From the NCBI RefSeq assembly GCF_963853765.1, contig NC_088859.1:28396001-28460000 (forward strand): DNA of 64,000 nt. Direction: 5' to 3'. The notes below the pieces were generated by a model that saw only the letters and a list, made by a program, of their open reading frames with translations, had not been told where the DNA came from and searched no databases. Below, in pieces: positions 35,268 to 48,000 of the stretch; within the stretch, counting starts at the first letter, position 1; every line of letters begins with the position of its first letter. A program made the translations under genes and the position numbers. Source of the stretch: Magallana gigas. Lineage: Eukaryota.

Positions 35268-38200
35268 ATGAACATCTTATTCCACTCTCCGTTGATTTTT
35301 GTTTATGCTTTAATATGCCTGAGCCATTTTACTTACTCTGAAACAGGTAAGAAACTGAATTTGTTGGGTGTAAAACGAGGATGTAGGGATGAACATTGAA
35401 GGCGCACCGGCCGGTGTCATGTTTTAGTAAATATCTTTCTTTTCCTGACTGAAAATGTTCTAAATATAATGTAAATCAACTTAAAAATATTGTTTTGTGC
35501 ATCTTATATCTTTTTACACCATGAATGTATTTTAAATTACTTTTATTCCTTTACAAACATATAGCCACGGGCCAACCGCTTACTTGTGAGGAAAACCAGT
35601 TCAAATGCATGCACCGATGTATTCCGATAAGTTGGAGATGTGACGGAGATTACGATTGTATTGATGAGGACGACAAAACAGATGAAGAAAATTGTCGTAA
35701 GTGTGATTTTTTTTATTGGAATTATTATAATGAAATGTACAGTAAGCAAGACACATGGGACATGTTTCGTGGCTCCTTGCCAACAGGATGAAAAGACAAA
35801 ACCCAACAAGAACTAAATCAGTCGGATATCTGGGGAAAAAAAATGAAATATCATTTATTTCGGTTACTTAACATATATAAGCACGTTTGATTCGAAAAAA
35901 AAATTGTATCTGAACAGAGACATTTGAACAGAGGAAGTGAGAGCCGCTCGATATCGGACGAGGTATCGACCAATCAGATTTTAGCTCTGTGCCGAGCCCA
36001 TATGGTTACCTGAACATACTGGATAATCTATGCGTTTTATGCAACGTGTTGAGAATGATTTAAAAAAAAATGAATTACTGGGGCAAGCTATATGTGTAGA
36101 AATAAAAAGATGGCATCTGCAGAAGAAAAAGTCGCATACACTTCAAACATGTTAATTTATTTAATACATTTTAAAATTTTAAATATGCTTCCATTTTAGC
36201 CTCCCGTACATGCCCAGAAGATGAATTTACCTGTAAATCTGGTCATTGTGTACCAATGAGGTGGACATGTGACAAAGAAACTGACTGCCTTGATGGATCT
36301 GATGAAACTGATATTTGTCGTACGTTTCTCAAACAGTACCTTGAACATTTTTTTTTCTTTCTTTAGAACCATTGCTAATTTCTATGAACCTGTAGTATAT
36401 TAATTTTGAATTTCAAACAATTCTCAGAAAACAAATCCTGCACAATGGACCAGTTCAGTTGTGGCAATGGAGAATGTATTCCAGCCAGCTGGCGATGTGA
36501 TGGCTCCCCAGACTGTGCTAATGGCCATGATGAAAACTGCACCTCTCCTACCTGTGCAAGTGATGAATTTAGGTGTGACAATTCTAAGTGTGTCAACAAC
36601 AAATGGCGATGCGATGGAGATGATGATTGTGGTGACAAAAGCGATGAGAAAAGTTGTGGTGAGCATAATCCCAAATTCTAAGAGATTTGTGAAGCATTAG
36701 TTATGAATTTCACTTAAATGGTAAGGATAGCATTCATGGTTAATGGTAAATTCTTTCCTTTTCTTTTCCCTCTGCTCTTTAGCCCCTTTAACTTGTACTG
36801 CTGAGGAGTTCCAATGTGCAGACAAGCAGTGCATTGACCAGCTATGGTATTGCGATGGGGACCCAGATTGCAACGACCAGAGTGATGAATCCAACTGCAC
36901 AACCTCCAACACTACGATCTGCTCCTCAGAAACCGAATGGCAGTGCCGCACTGGTGAGCAGTGTATCCACAGTTCATGGAAGTGTGACAATGATGAAGAT
37001 TGTTTGGATGGATCTGATGAAGTAGACTGTAAGTAGATTTTGCTATCTGTCATTTTAAGAAACAGCCCAGACTACAGTGATCACTCTTGCTATGATTTCT
37101 AAATTGGCAAAAAAATTCAAAGTTTTAATTTTCAACCTTCCATCAGTTGTTTGAATGAAATTTATTTTTGCTTATTTGAAATTCAAGAAATGGCCGACAC
37201 CTGACAGCAATTAATTGTAGGAAATACTGCAATTGAATGTATTCAATTTGGCAACCGTTCGTGTTTTCAAAAACATGTCTGGATTTTAAACTAGGTACAT
37301 AGATTATGACCTTTAATAAGGTTACACACCGATACCCTAGTTGGAACTAATCCAACCAAACATGGGTACAATTTTTTAAATGTCTAACCAACCGTTTTGA
37401 CAGAAATCTACATATTGCAAAGGAAGGAGTTGTTTTTTGTCAACTTGAGATAATTCATTGGCCAAAGGAAAGCTTATTTCTAGTCTGAAATTTAAATGCA
37501 TACATTTGCAGAAAACACCCAGCTAGCATAAACTGTATTCAATACAATACACATGAATATAATAATAAGGTATGCAGCAGCACACCTATAGGAATACAAA
37601 ATTAAAAAAAAACTTTTGTCATCTTCTGCGTTGAGAACACATTGCAAATGTTATTTTTCTGATGTAATAAGAAAAGTGAGCATTAATTTTTAATGACAAT
37701 GTTTTCTCTTCTATATTCATAGGTAACCCAACCTGTCGCCCCGATCAGTTTAAATGCGATAGCGGTGACTGCGTTTATGTCACCCTCAAATGTGATGGCT
37801 ACATCGATTGCGTAGATGGATCCGATGAGTCCAACTGTTGTAAGTGTTCAAGACTGAATTGACTTTTTTCAAAGAGCATTATACTGTAGTGTTTGAAATG
37901 AACACAAGAAGTTAAAGTTTGTACAGAATCTTTGGTTAACTGAAGGAAAATTCACCTCTAGAGGAAAAAAGCAAATTTCCCCAAAAAAATATATATATGC
38001 ATCTCTCTTCACTAATGAAAAATAGATTAAGAAATATCTTTCTTTTTTTTCAGCCAAAACAGAAAAGTGTCCAAGTAACAAGTTTGATTGCTATAACAAT
38101 GGATCTGTTTGTATTGAACCTACCAAGTTGTGCGACACGAGAATGGACTGTGACAACTATGCTGATGAGGAAAACTCGCTTTGTGAAAGTAAGAATATTT

Positions 38201-41200
38201 TCTATAGCCTTTTAAAAACCCTGGTAGATACCTCTTTCTTACTAACGCTCATGTATCATCTTGAAAAAAAAAAAAAAAATTCATATATCATTTTAAATGT
38301 TGGTAAAGGAACGAAGCCATGTGCATTCATTTTCATTGTCATAAAACTTTGTACTTCTGTATTTCACTCTATTGTTTGTTAGCAATAGTTGTTGCAATAT
38401 ATATCTATATCATGTATTTACTTTGCTTATGATTATGTAAGTCTATTTTGTATACATTTGTACATATATATCTAACTTCAACTTAATGTGGGTTTTTTGA
38501 AGCCAATTCGACAACTTCGGGACGAAAAAAGTTTGGTAGGTTAACAATTCAGGGTAGAGAAATAAAAACCAACACGATGGTCATCTTTGGTGCTTGAAAT
38601 TTATTCTCTTCTCTTGATGTCTTAATATTCTGCCCTTTGTTTCCTTTTCTCTGTTGAGTAAATGTGAAAGCTTGTAGATCTCAGATTTAATGTTGTGTCA
38701 CCTTGGTTAATTAATCTATTTATTTTGATCAGTGTTTAAGTTATTGTGTTAGTAATTAATGTTAAGCAAAGTTGAAAAAAATATTGGCACCAGTAAATTC
38801 ATATATTTTCTTTCGTCTCTTAAATATATCGCATGGAATCCATTATTTTTTTTTCTGTACTGGGCTGTAAAATTTTTGCCAATATCTTTACTATCAACAC
38901 ACGAAGGGTTCAGAATGGTTGTAATATTTTTACATCCATCCATAATCATTTACTAACACTTGGTGTATAAAAAAAAAGAACTAACCTTTAATCTCGAGAT
39001 TATCAACTATGAACTATGTCGGAAAAAGAAGCAATGATGATAAAACCTATACCTAGATTGGAACCTGCTTAGTAGAATGCAAAAGTAGATTAATGATAGA
39101 CTGATGACGCTTTTGATATGAAAAATTAATCTGCAAAAATTGTTAAATGCAAAGTACAATTAAGATATGAAATTTCTATGGCATGCAGTGTGCAATGAAT
39201 TGAACCAGTTGTTAGTGCATTTAAGAAACTGTAGATGATGTTGAATTAAATTTTGACCAGGGTATTTAGCCATTTATCATACAAAGACTTGATGATCCTG
39301 AAGTATTCTTAGGAGATATTTTATAATGATGTGATCATGTCAATTATGTTTTTTGTGTTTAATGTGTCTAACCATCATTTTTGTATTTAATGTATTTATT
39401 TAAATTTGAATATTGGACAGAATAGAAAATTTAAAGCTTGCATGATTATAACTGCCTTTGATAATAACAAGAGAGACTTGCATTATTGTTAAAATTACAA
39501 GAAGTTGCCAGCAACAGCCATCCCCTCAAATTGATCTCAATTGAGCTGAATTCATAGAAGGTCTATTGTCCAAAGCTTAGAGCTTAATAATGTAATGAAG
39601 ATGAAAAAAATATAGAAATAAGAACAAACACTTTAGTGATTGAAATAAAGAATTGTTGAATTTTATGTCTTCTGTACCTTTGCACATATATCGGTGATGT
39701 AATTTCATAAATGTCTATTTTTTGTTTTAGATAACGCATGCAAGTACAATAATGGCGGTTGTATGCAAACGTGCATTCCCATCGATAAAACGAACAGACG
39801 ATGCGAGTGTTTGCATGGCTTCCGATTGAATGGCGATACTGCCTGCGAAGACATCAACGAGTGTGATCAGTGGCCACCAGTCTGCTCCCAGAAATGTGTC
39901 AATGAGAAGGGATCGTACAAATGTGAATGCATTCCTGGATACTACCCAGAAATACTCCCCGATGGACAACATATCTGTAAAGGTGTTGGTAAGTAAATAA
40001 TTTACATACTCTACATCTAGATTCTGCTGCATTGGTCTTTGTGTGTTGTTGTCTTAAAAAAAAAATCCTACAACTCTCATTTGTGACTTTGATAGGTGAG
40101 AAGGCCTGGCTACTGTTTGCGAACCGACATGACATCAGAAAGCTGGAGGTGGACGGTATGATTCTGCAGCCAGTCGTGAGCGACTTGCAAAGTGCCATCG
40201 CTGTTGACTATGACTACTACAACAAAGTAGTGTACTGGTCGGACAGTCACGAGGAAAAAATTATGAAGTAAGTATAGGACATTGTAGCTATACAGTTAAC
40301 ACATGGAACATTATAAACAAGTCAAAGAAAGTTCTGTGAATGAATTTTAAAAAAGGTGTTCACATTGTTAGTTTTTGTTTTAATCATTAGAGCCAAAATG
40401 AATGAGAAAGGCGAGGTAAATGGGACTGCAGTACCAGTCATCAGCACTGGGTTGAAGACTCCCGATGGAATTGCTGTGGACTGGATTCACCACAATATTT
40501 ACTGGACAGACACTGGCTATAACACCATCGAGGTTGCTCCTGCCGATGGAACCATGAAAAAGATTCTGGTAGACAAAGATTTGGATGAACCAAGATCCAT
40601 TGCCGTGGATCCAAGGAATGGGTATGTTAGTTAGTAAACATAAAATCTTTTCATTTTGAATATAAACCTGATTAATGTTGAATTGAGATATTTTATGGAA
40701 ATGGGAACTTTTCTTACAAACAGATGGTTATACTTCTCTGACTGGGGCACTCATCCCAAGATTGAGCGCATTGGAATGGACGGTAACCTAAATAGTAGAA
40801 CCACTATTGTGAAAGATAATATTCAGTGGCCCAATGGCTTGTGCTTAGATTATGCCAATGAAAAGGTCTACTGGATTGATGCAAAGCTGAAGAGTATTTT
40901 TGCTGCTGAATTAGATGGAAGCAATGTCAAAAGAATTCTTCATAATGCTGAACAAATTCTTCATCCATTCTCCTTGACTATTTTTGAGGTAATATTCATT
41001 TTTTTCTGGGTTTTAATGTTGTTGTTTTTTTGTCATTTGGAACATTATAGCAGTCAGTATGACATTGTTTTCATTTTCATTTTTTTTCCCCTCCAGGACT
41101 ATGTTTACTGGACAGATTGGTCATCAGAGGCAATTCGTAAGGTGCACAAGTTCACAGGGGAAGAATACACACAACTGGCCCTCGGTTTGAGATCACCAAT

Positions 41201-43478
41201 GGACATTAAAGTCTATCATGAACAAAGACAGTTGCACAGTAAGCAGACTTGTTAATTTATCTGTCATTTTATCTTTGAAGTTTTTTTTTTGTAGACATTA
41301 TAATCAATTTCTGCCTTTGTATAGATTTGAGAATTGAAATCTGTTTTCTCTTACAGGTCCCAACAAGTGTGGATTTTCCAATGGAGGTTGCTCCCATCTG
41401 TGTCTTCCAGCCCCAACAGAATACAACGCCGCTGGGTATGCCTGTGCTTGTCCAGACAACATGGTGCTTATGAGTGGAAAACAATGTCGTGAAAGTGGTA
41501 AGTGAAGCTTATTTATGGGTGTCATCAGTGCACATTACTGCAACTCTATCTAAATCACCAAAAAGAAGGATGCAGGTGATAGCTTTAATAGTGGGGAGGG
41601 ATTTCAATGTGCAATTTCATCTGCATCTTTCTTGTGTATATGTTACTGCATTAACCTGGCTATAAATGTCGGCTTCATGTCTTCGCCCATAACCTGTGCT
41701 AGGTAACGTAGAGCTAGGATTGAATGTGTGCAGTGGTTCAATTAAAGTTTTTGTATTATCTGTAAATTTGAAAGTGGGTCTCCTTTTTAAATGCACTCAG
41801 ATCTAAATCTGTTTCGACCTAATAAATCTGTTCAAATGAATTAATTTGCTTAGTTTTCAAAGATTCCATACCATTCCATACAAGTTTGAATACTTTTAGT
41901 CCTTATTTTTTTATTACTCAAATCTTCATATATATTAATTGCTCCAAATTGTTGGGTTTTTTTAATGCGTACTAGTCAAGGTCGATAGAAATGAAGAGCA
42001 ATTTTCTGAATGCCGAAAAATTTGTGCACAATTAGCAGCATGTGAATAATTAGAAAAAATTATTGAAAATGAACAACTGCACAGTAAGCACAGCAAGAGA
42101 AAGAATGTCATGGAAAGTTTTGATCAAAGTTCAGGGAGAAGAAGCCATAGATTAATAAGGAATGTAGAAAATACATTTGGCATCAGTAAAAAATTAAATA
42201 ATTGATGTCTAGTCGTGTAAATAACAAGATGTTCTTGTGTCGATTGTCAAAATAGAAATGGAAGAGAAATTACATGGCTCATTGCCCAGAATAAATTAAC
42301 AACTTTAAAATGATATGACCTTCATATATAAATGCATCTGAAAATATATACTGAATATATATATGTATTTATATATAATTGCATACCAAAGAATGCTTAT
42401 ATAGCTTAAATGCAAACTAAATATGTAGAGCTTCTTACTGTTAATCTATATAGAAAAAACAACAACCTTAACCAGCTCTTGAATATTTATGCATGAACCG
42501 TTTATTATTGACAGCACCAAGACCAACTGAAAGCCCATTACCAACTCCTTCATCTAAGACAGATTCCCCAAATAATACAAACAGAAATTCCTCTAGTTCT
42601 CATGGTGAGGCCTGTTCTGTAATAAATTTCTGGAATAGGAATTCTGATCAGAAAAAATGAAGACTTTATTTAATAATGCATACCTGACATGCATGTCCTT
42701 GCCTTTGTTTTTCCTCTTTGCTCTTTTGTAATAATCCCACCTCCTACCTCTATTTCTATGTAACCAGCAACTGCTTTTAAAACCTAGCATAAACTTTCTG
42801 GCTTTGTTAACAACGTTTTTTATAATTGCAATTTCGTTTACTGATATAAAAGACTACTGAACTTCAATTAAATATTTTACTTTGACCAAGAAAAAATTGA
42901 ATGATTTACTTTATTAAAAAATTTCAATTTAGGTGTTACTGAAAGACCAATGACATCAGAGATCCCCAAGGTTCCAGTGGTTACTACCTCAAAGCCTGAA
43001 GTCCCAGAGAAACCTGTGGTTACCCCCAAACCTGAGATAACTACCAAAAGGCATGGAATTGCTCCCATCAGCACAGACAGCCCTTACCATGTAGTGACGG
43101 GTAAAGAGAATAACGAAACGGTCGTCAGAAAACAAACAGAAAGTCCCGTCGGAACTGTGGCTGTCATTTCTATTGCTGTGGTGGTGGGCCTAGCAGTTTT
43201 GGTTGTCATTGTAAGTATCGATACTTTTAGAAAAAAAATACTGAAATCCTCCTTGGCGAGTTTTATAAATTGAACGCATTCAATAATTTGTACCGGTTCT
43301 TACTCTCGTGTTTCTGTTTTTGCAGATTGGTTGTTTCATTTACCGAAGATACACAAAGAGGAACATCAAGAGCATGAATTTTGACAATCCAGTGTATAGG
43401 AAAACGACAGAGGAATCTGTTCGCATTAATAGAGACTCTGCGTTGGAGCCATTGAATGCCGATCCCATGGAAGTTTGA
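35268..43478 (+). CDS. VLDLR: LDL-receptor family protein, VLDLR/lipophorin receptor-like (929 aa)
   Basis: Exons 35268-35346, 35565-35696, 36200-36319, 36428-36658, 36783-37028, 37723-37839, 38054-38188, 39731-39988, 40096-40267, 40391-40621, 40724-40988, 41097-41238, 41357-41497, 42515-42604, 42933-43210, 43326-43478; total 2790 nt, in frame. Signal peptide, 8 LDLa repeats, EGF-A/B, YWTD propeller, EGF-C, S/T/P-rich stalk, transmembrane helix and NFDNPVY endocytosis motif. The symbol reflects domain architecture, not tested orthology. Confidence 0.93.
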
Positions 43479-45284
43479 TGCTAAAGAAGTGTTGTAGTGA
43501 CATTCCATTGACAATAGGCTCTATATTTTCCTAAAACAAAATCATTCAGGAATTGACAAAATTGATTTTAAGATATTGAGTGGAAGATCGGAGAGCTAAA
43601 CGGCCAGGCCTCAAATGCGAGTTGTATCCATATCCAAGCTGTGTGGCTACGCGTACCGCAATACATTCCAGTAAAGCCTACCGCTGAATACAACACCCAA
43701 GACTGTGCTGGCCGCGCCTTATCTACTGCCGTGGTCTATGGAGCAGTATAAAACTCTATACCGATGGACCCTAACCCCCACCCCCCTCTACTCTCTCATT
43801 TTCTCATTTTACTTCAAGAATACTCTTATTTTGAATTCTGAGTAGAAGCAATCTCTTGTATTTCTCTACATTGTTTTTATTTACACCACGATTTAGAACG
43901 TTACTGCATTTAAAATAGATTTGCAATTATTGAAAAATACTTATTTGTGCATAATGGAGAACAAAGAATCTGCATTTATTTTGAAATTTATAGAGTTCAA
44001 TCTTTTTTTTTTCTTTTTCTATTTTTATTCCTTTTGTGTGAATGTTGAGTAAATGTAATGGATGAATTGTATACTGTATGACACAAGTGAGGGTAAGAGA
44101 GCCCAGTATGTATTCAGACTGTTCTGTTTATGTTTTTGTTATTTATTTTAGTTAAACATGTTAATGCTAATTTAAGCTTTGTTCACATGTAGATGGAATG
44201 GATTTAGATAGAATGTTGTGTAAGATAGAAATGTAGACACAGAAGGTACCTAGCTGTGCTTGTATATAAGATTTTGTTCATTGTATGGAGAGTCATTCAC
44301 CCAGATATCATTAGTTTCATGTGTGTATGGTATAATAGATGTCATTTTATTGCCAATCATTCGTATGACTGAAGATGTATATTTCATGTATTTATTGAAA
44401 TTGGATTCAATTGCAAAGAAATTCACATTCTGTTGTGCCCTGGGATATTTACATGCACCTCGTACCAATCTTTTTAAATTTTCATGCAGTAATGTAGTTG
44501 TAGTGTCTAATATCTCTACCAAAATTTAAATGGAGTCTTAGATGACACAGAATGTCAAAGTGTTAAATCTGCATAGCCTACAATGAGGTTTTAGTTAGTC
44601 CCGTTACTGTTTTAATGCAGGCCCAAGGCACAATGGCTTGTGTAATGTAGCTTTATGTGATATATTTCAGTGCTAGTTTTGGGAGACTTCCTAGTGATAA
44701 AATGTTTGTACATTGTAGTTTGTAAATATGTACATGTTTAGCATTGGATAAGTTTATGTTTTTATAACTGTGTAATGCTATAGTGTAAAAACGTCCGTTC
44801 TACTCAAGCAAAAACTTTAAACAGTGAAATATTACCTTGTGTAAAGCTTTAGAATATTGAGACACGTAGTTAGGAAACCTTGAAGGTTACTTGACACTGC
44901 CTACCGGCTTTTTAAAATTATTCAAGCGCATTTTGAAATCTCGCATCGTTTGACTTAATTTTGTGTTCATGACTATTTTTAGGCACTATTTTAAACTGGT
45001 TTTTCTTTCATTTATTTGTTATTATTTAGAGCTATTCAAAAATTCACAAATTGTATTGATTTGCTATTTAATTTAGAATGATGAAAATGAATGGTCATCA
45101 AAACATTCCAGTGCAAGTCGCTTTAATGTTTATCTGTAGGTGAATCATGTTTCTACTGTTTAACAATTTGATTTTTTGTGCCAAATTTGTGTGCATGTAT
45201 ATAGTTCTTGTTTGTAAATCTTTTGCTTGAATGTGAAGAATGATTCATGTTGTTCATTGTTTTGGCACAAAGTGCTTTTTGGAG

Positions 45285-45290
45285 AATAAA
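45285..45290 (+). terminator. Candidate polyadenylation signal of the receptor gene
   Basis: AATAAA at the end of a ~1.8-kb U-rich tract following the stop codon. Not confirmed. Confidence 0.35.
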
Positions 45291-46034
45291 ATGTATGAAA
45301 ACTTGAAATCTGAGTTCTTTGACTTTTTATGCAATGCCACTAAAATCTAAAAGCTCATGGGGCTGGGTTTTAATATATGCCGGTAATATATTATGTCAAG
45401 TCGAGTCATGCGGAGTAGAAGGAATGTAAATTATTCAATGACGTGGTAGTCGTACGATCTCGGTAGTAAAGGAAGATCTGGCGAGAGTCTCTAGATCACC
45501 TCATTTGCATTCACCAGTTGGATTATGAATGAATGGAGCCGGTATAGGGAACGCCCCCTAATACGATAGAGCGTAGTCATAACAGAAACGTGTTGGTAAA
45601 ACTTTCATATGTTGTTAGTAAAATTTCAACGACATGATCGTAGTCAAAAGCATTGAGTTCAATGTATTTACTTTATTTAAAAACCTTCCTAATTACATAC
45701 GATGTAGAAGGCCGAAATCATGTCTCATTCAATCTATTTAAAAAAAAAACTTTTAAGTATGATAAATATGCATGTAACTTTCAATTTTTAATTAAACTCT
45801 TATGATAAGATAAGATTTGAAAAAAAAAATTGATTTTTGTGAGAAGCAAATCAATTTATTCAGGACGACTATAATAGTTGAAAAATACAGCTCATATTTC
45901 TTTAAATACTGGGATTATTAATTTATGTTTTTATTCTGTATCATAATTTTGTCGGTTTCTAAATGATGGCAAATTTAAGTTTAGGGTAATATTTTAAAAT
46001 GATTTTAAGCGATTGATTTTTGTTTGTTTGTTAA

Positions 46035-46654
46035 AGGGACATGGTGACGCACAAACCAATGATTTAGCAAATATCGAATTTTTACACGAATTCCAATTAT
46101 TTTAAATTACATATGAAAAGATGAACTTTTGAAAAATCACGGTATTCAAAAGTAAATAAATCAAATTAAAAAGAGAAAAATAGAACTAAGCGTTGGGCCA
46201 ACACATAAATATTGAGTTTTCCTTCCGCTTCATAGCCTCGCAAACGCAGGGGAATGTAATTACTGCAGCGTGGCTAACATCATGAGCCAGAAACCTCTCA
46301 TTGAAACATGATGTCTTCAAGAACTATATTTTTGATAAGATACATTCTCTATTAATGCACATTCCTTACCATAGACATCGAATAGCTTCAAATTCAAATT
46401 CTTTTTTCAGTTTGTCAAACCAAATGTAAATATTTTTAGACAGAAATCGCAATCACGTGACACTAAGCCAATGTCCAAAACAACTCGGTTTGTTTACATG
46501 TGCAATTTCCGGATGAGATTTAATGACTTGTAAATTGATATGTGATGGCTTATGATGCGTGAAACCTTCCGTATGATGAAATTTCAAGTAGCTCTTCTTA
46601 TTTCGGTTGTCATAATCAAAAAGTAAACCATCTATTTTGAGTCACCGTGCCACT
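46035..46654. mobile_element. TTAA-flanked MITE (Kolobok-like)
   Basis: TTAA|AGGGACATGGTGAC ... GTCACCGTGCCACT|TTAA. A related end, TTAAAGGGTCATGGTCACGATTTTGG, occurs near 48655. Confidence 0.7.
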
Positions 46655-47666
46655 TTAAAGACACTACTTCTTTATACATTATAATCTGTATATTCATATG
46701 TTCAGACTAACTTGGTTGTAACATAAAATTTATTTATTAATTGGGTGTACGTGTGTATGACCAGATTGTTTCTTACTATTTGGATCGTATTTGTATATCG
46801 TATCTATCGAAGAAAGGCCGGTCGTTTGTGTTTGATCTATGAATTAATATAATGTAGGCATTATGTATATTTTTGTCACTGCTTATTGAATTAAATTGAT
46901 ATTTCGTTTTATCTATATCCGGTCCTGAATTATTTACGCAGTTGATGCTATTTTCTGGGAAGCAAGCACCAAAAATTATATTGAGCTAGCTACAGGGTTT
47001 TGATTATACATATATTGCATCGTCAGTATGTATATGTATAGCTTTTTTTCACTTCTCTTCCTTTGCTTTAATTACCAGGAAAGTGATAAACATGAAAAAA
47101 AACCATGTTATTTGCTGGTAAATGAAGGTCATTTTAAAAAAGTAATGGAATAAACAACAAAAGGATGATCCATGCAAAATACATGTACATGTAAGTGAAG
47201 GTTACAATATCATAATGTCAGTATTTATGTAAATGTTAAGTCGTATTTGTACGCTTCAAATTGTCCTCTTCCTGTCGTGCAGACTTCCTGGTTGTTTCAT
47301 TAACCTCCCCCTCCCTGTCCTGTTGATGACAAGTGCCAATTATCAGCAGCATCTGCCTATCGATGCGGAACAAGGAGATTGCGTCACTGCATGCAGGATT
47401 TCACATGTAATAGTTCCTTAAGACGGATAAGGGTTTTAAATATCACGAAACATACATTTGACAAAGTGCATGTTTCAACGATGATGAATATATTTTATAG
47501 GATATTGATGGTTTGATATTTCCTTTCGGACAATGTTGTTACCGGTAACGGCCTATAGCTATCCTGTGTATTTGTGTTGGGATTAGCCCTCGGGCTTATC
47601 ACGAGTACCATGCTATTCAATGAGTTAAATGATCGTTACTTCGAATTTGTCATAATGCAAGTTGAA

Positions 47667-48000
47667 ATAAATTAAGAAATCATTTTCGAGCATTAGGAGC
47701 TAGGTGATAATTTTAGTCGGGACGTGATCAAATCCAATAAAGTCCTAATGGTTTATGATAGATTTGATCACGCTTGACCATAATTATTACCAGTATTACC
47801 TCATAATATTCAAAACATGATTTCTTATTACGTATATTTATATGATTTTTAAGCAACTGTACGATTAGATATTAAATTATTGAAAAAAATTTACGTTATA
47901 TTCATTTTGTATAATTATGAAACCCCATGTATATCATTTGCGTCAGTGATGAACTTGTATTTAACCATACGCTACAAAGAGGTATAGCGCACTAATAATA
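47667..48000. mobile_element. Degenerate family-A hairpin-headed element, inverted relative to 4400-4846
   Basis: GGTGATAATTTTAGTCGGGACGTGATCAAATCCAATAAAG...TTTATGATAGATTTGATCACGC...ACCTCATAATATTCAAA, followed by a body matching the reverse complement of 4650-4700. Confidence 0.6.

Noticed and set aside
36375-37053. Minus-strand ORFs of 80-118 aa over the receptor exons
   Set aside because: Antisense shadows of Cys/Asp-rich LDLa exons with no independent coding features.
43476-43484. Stop-codon readthrough or selenocysteine at the receptor TGA
   Set aside because: TGA TGC TAA: a second stop follows after one codon, the context is not a leaky motif, and no SECIS was seen.
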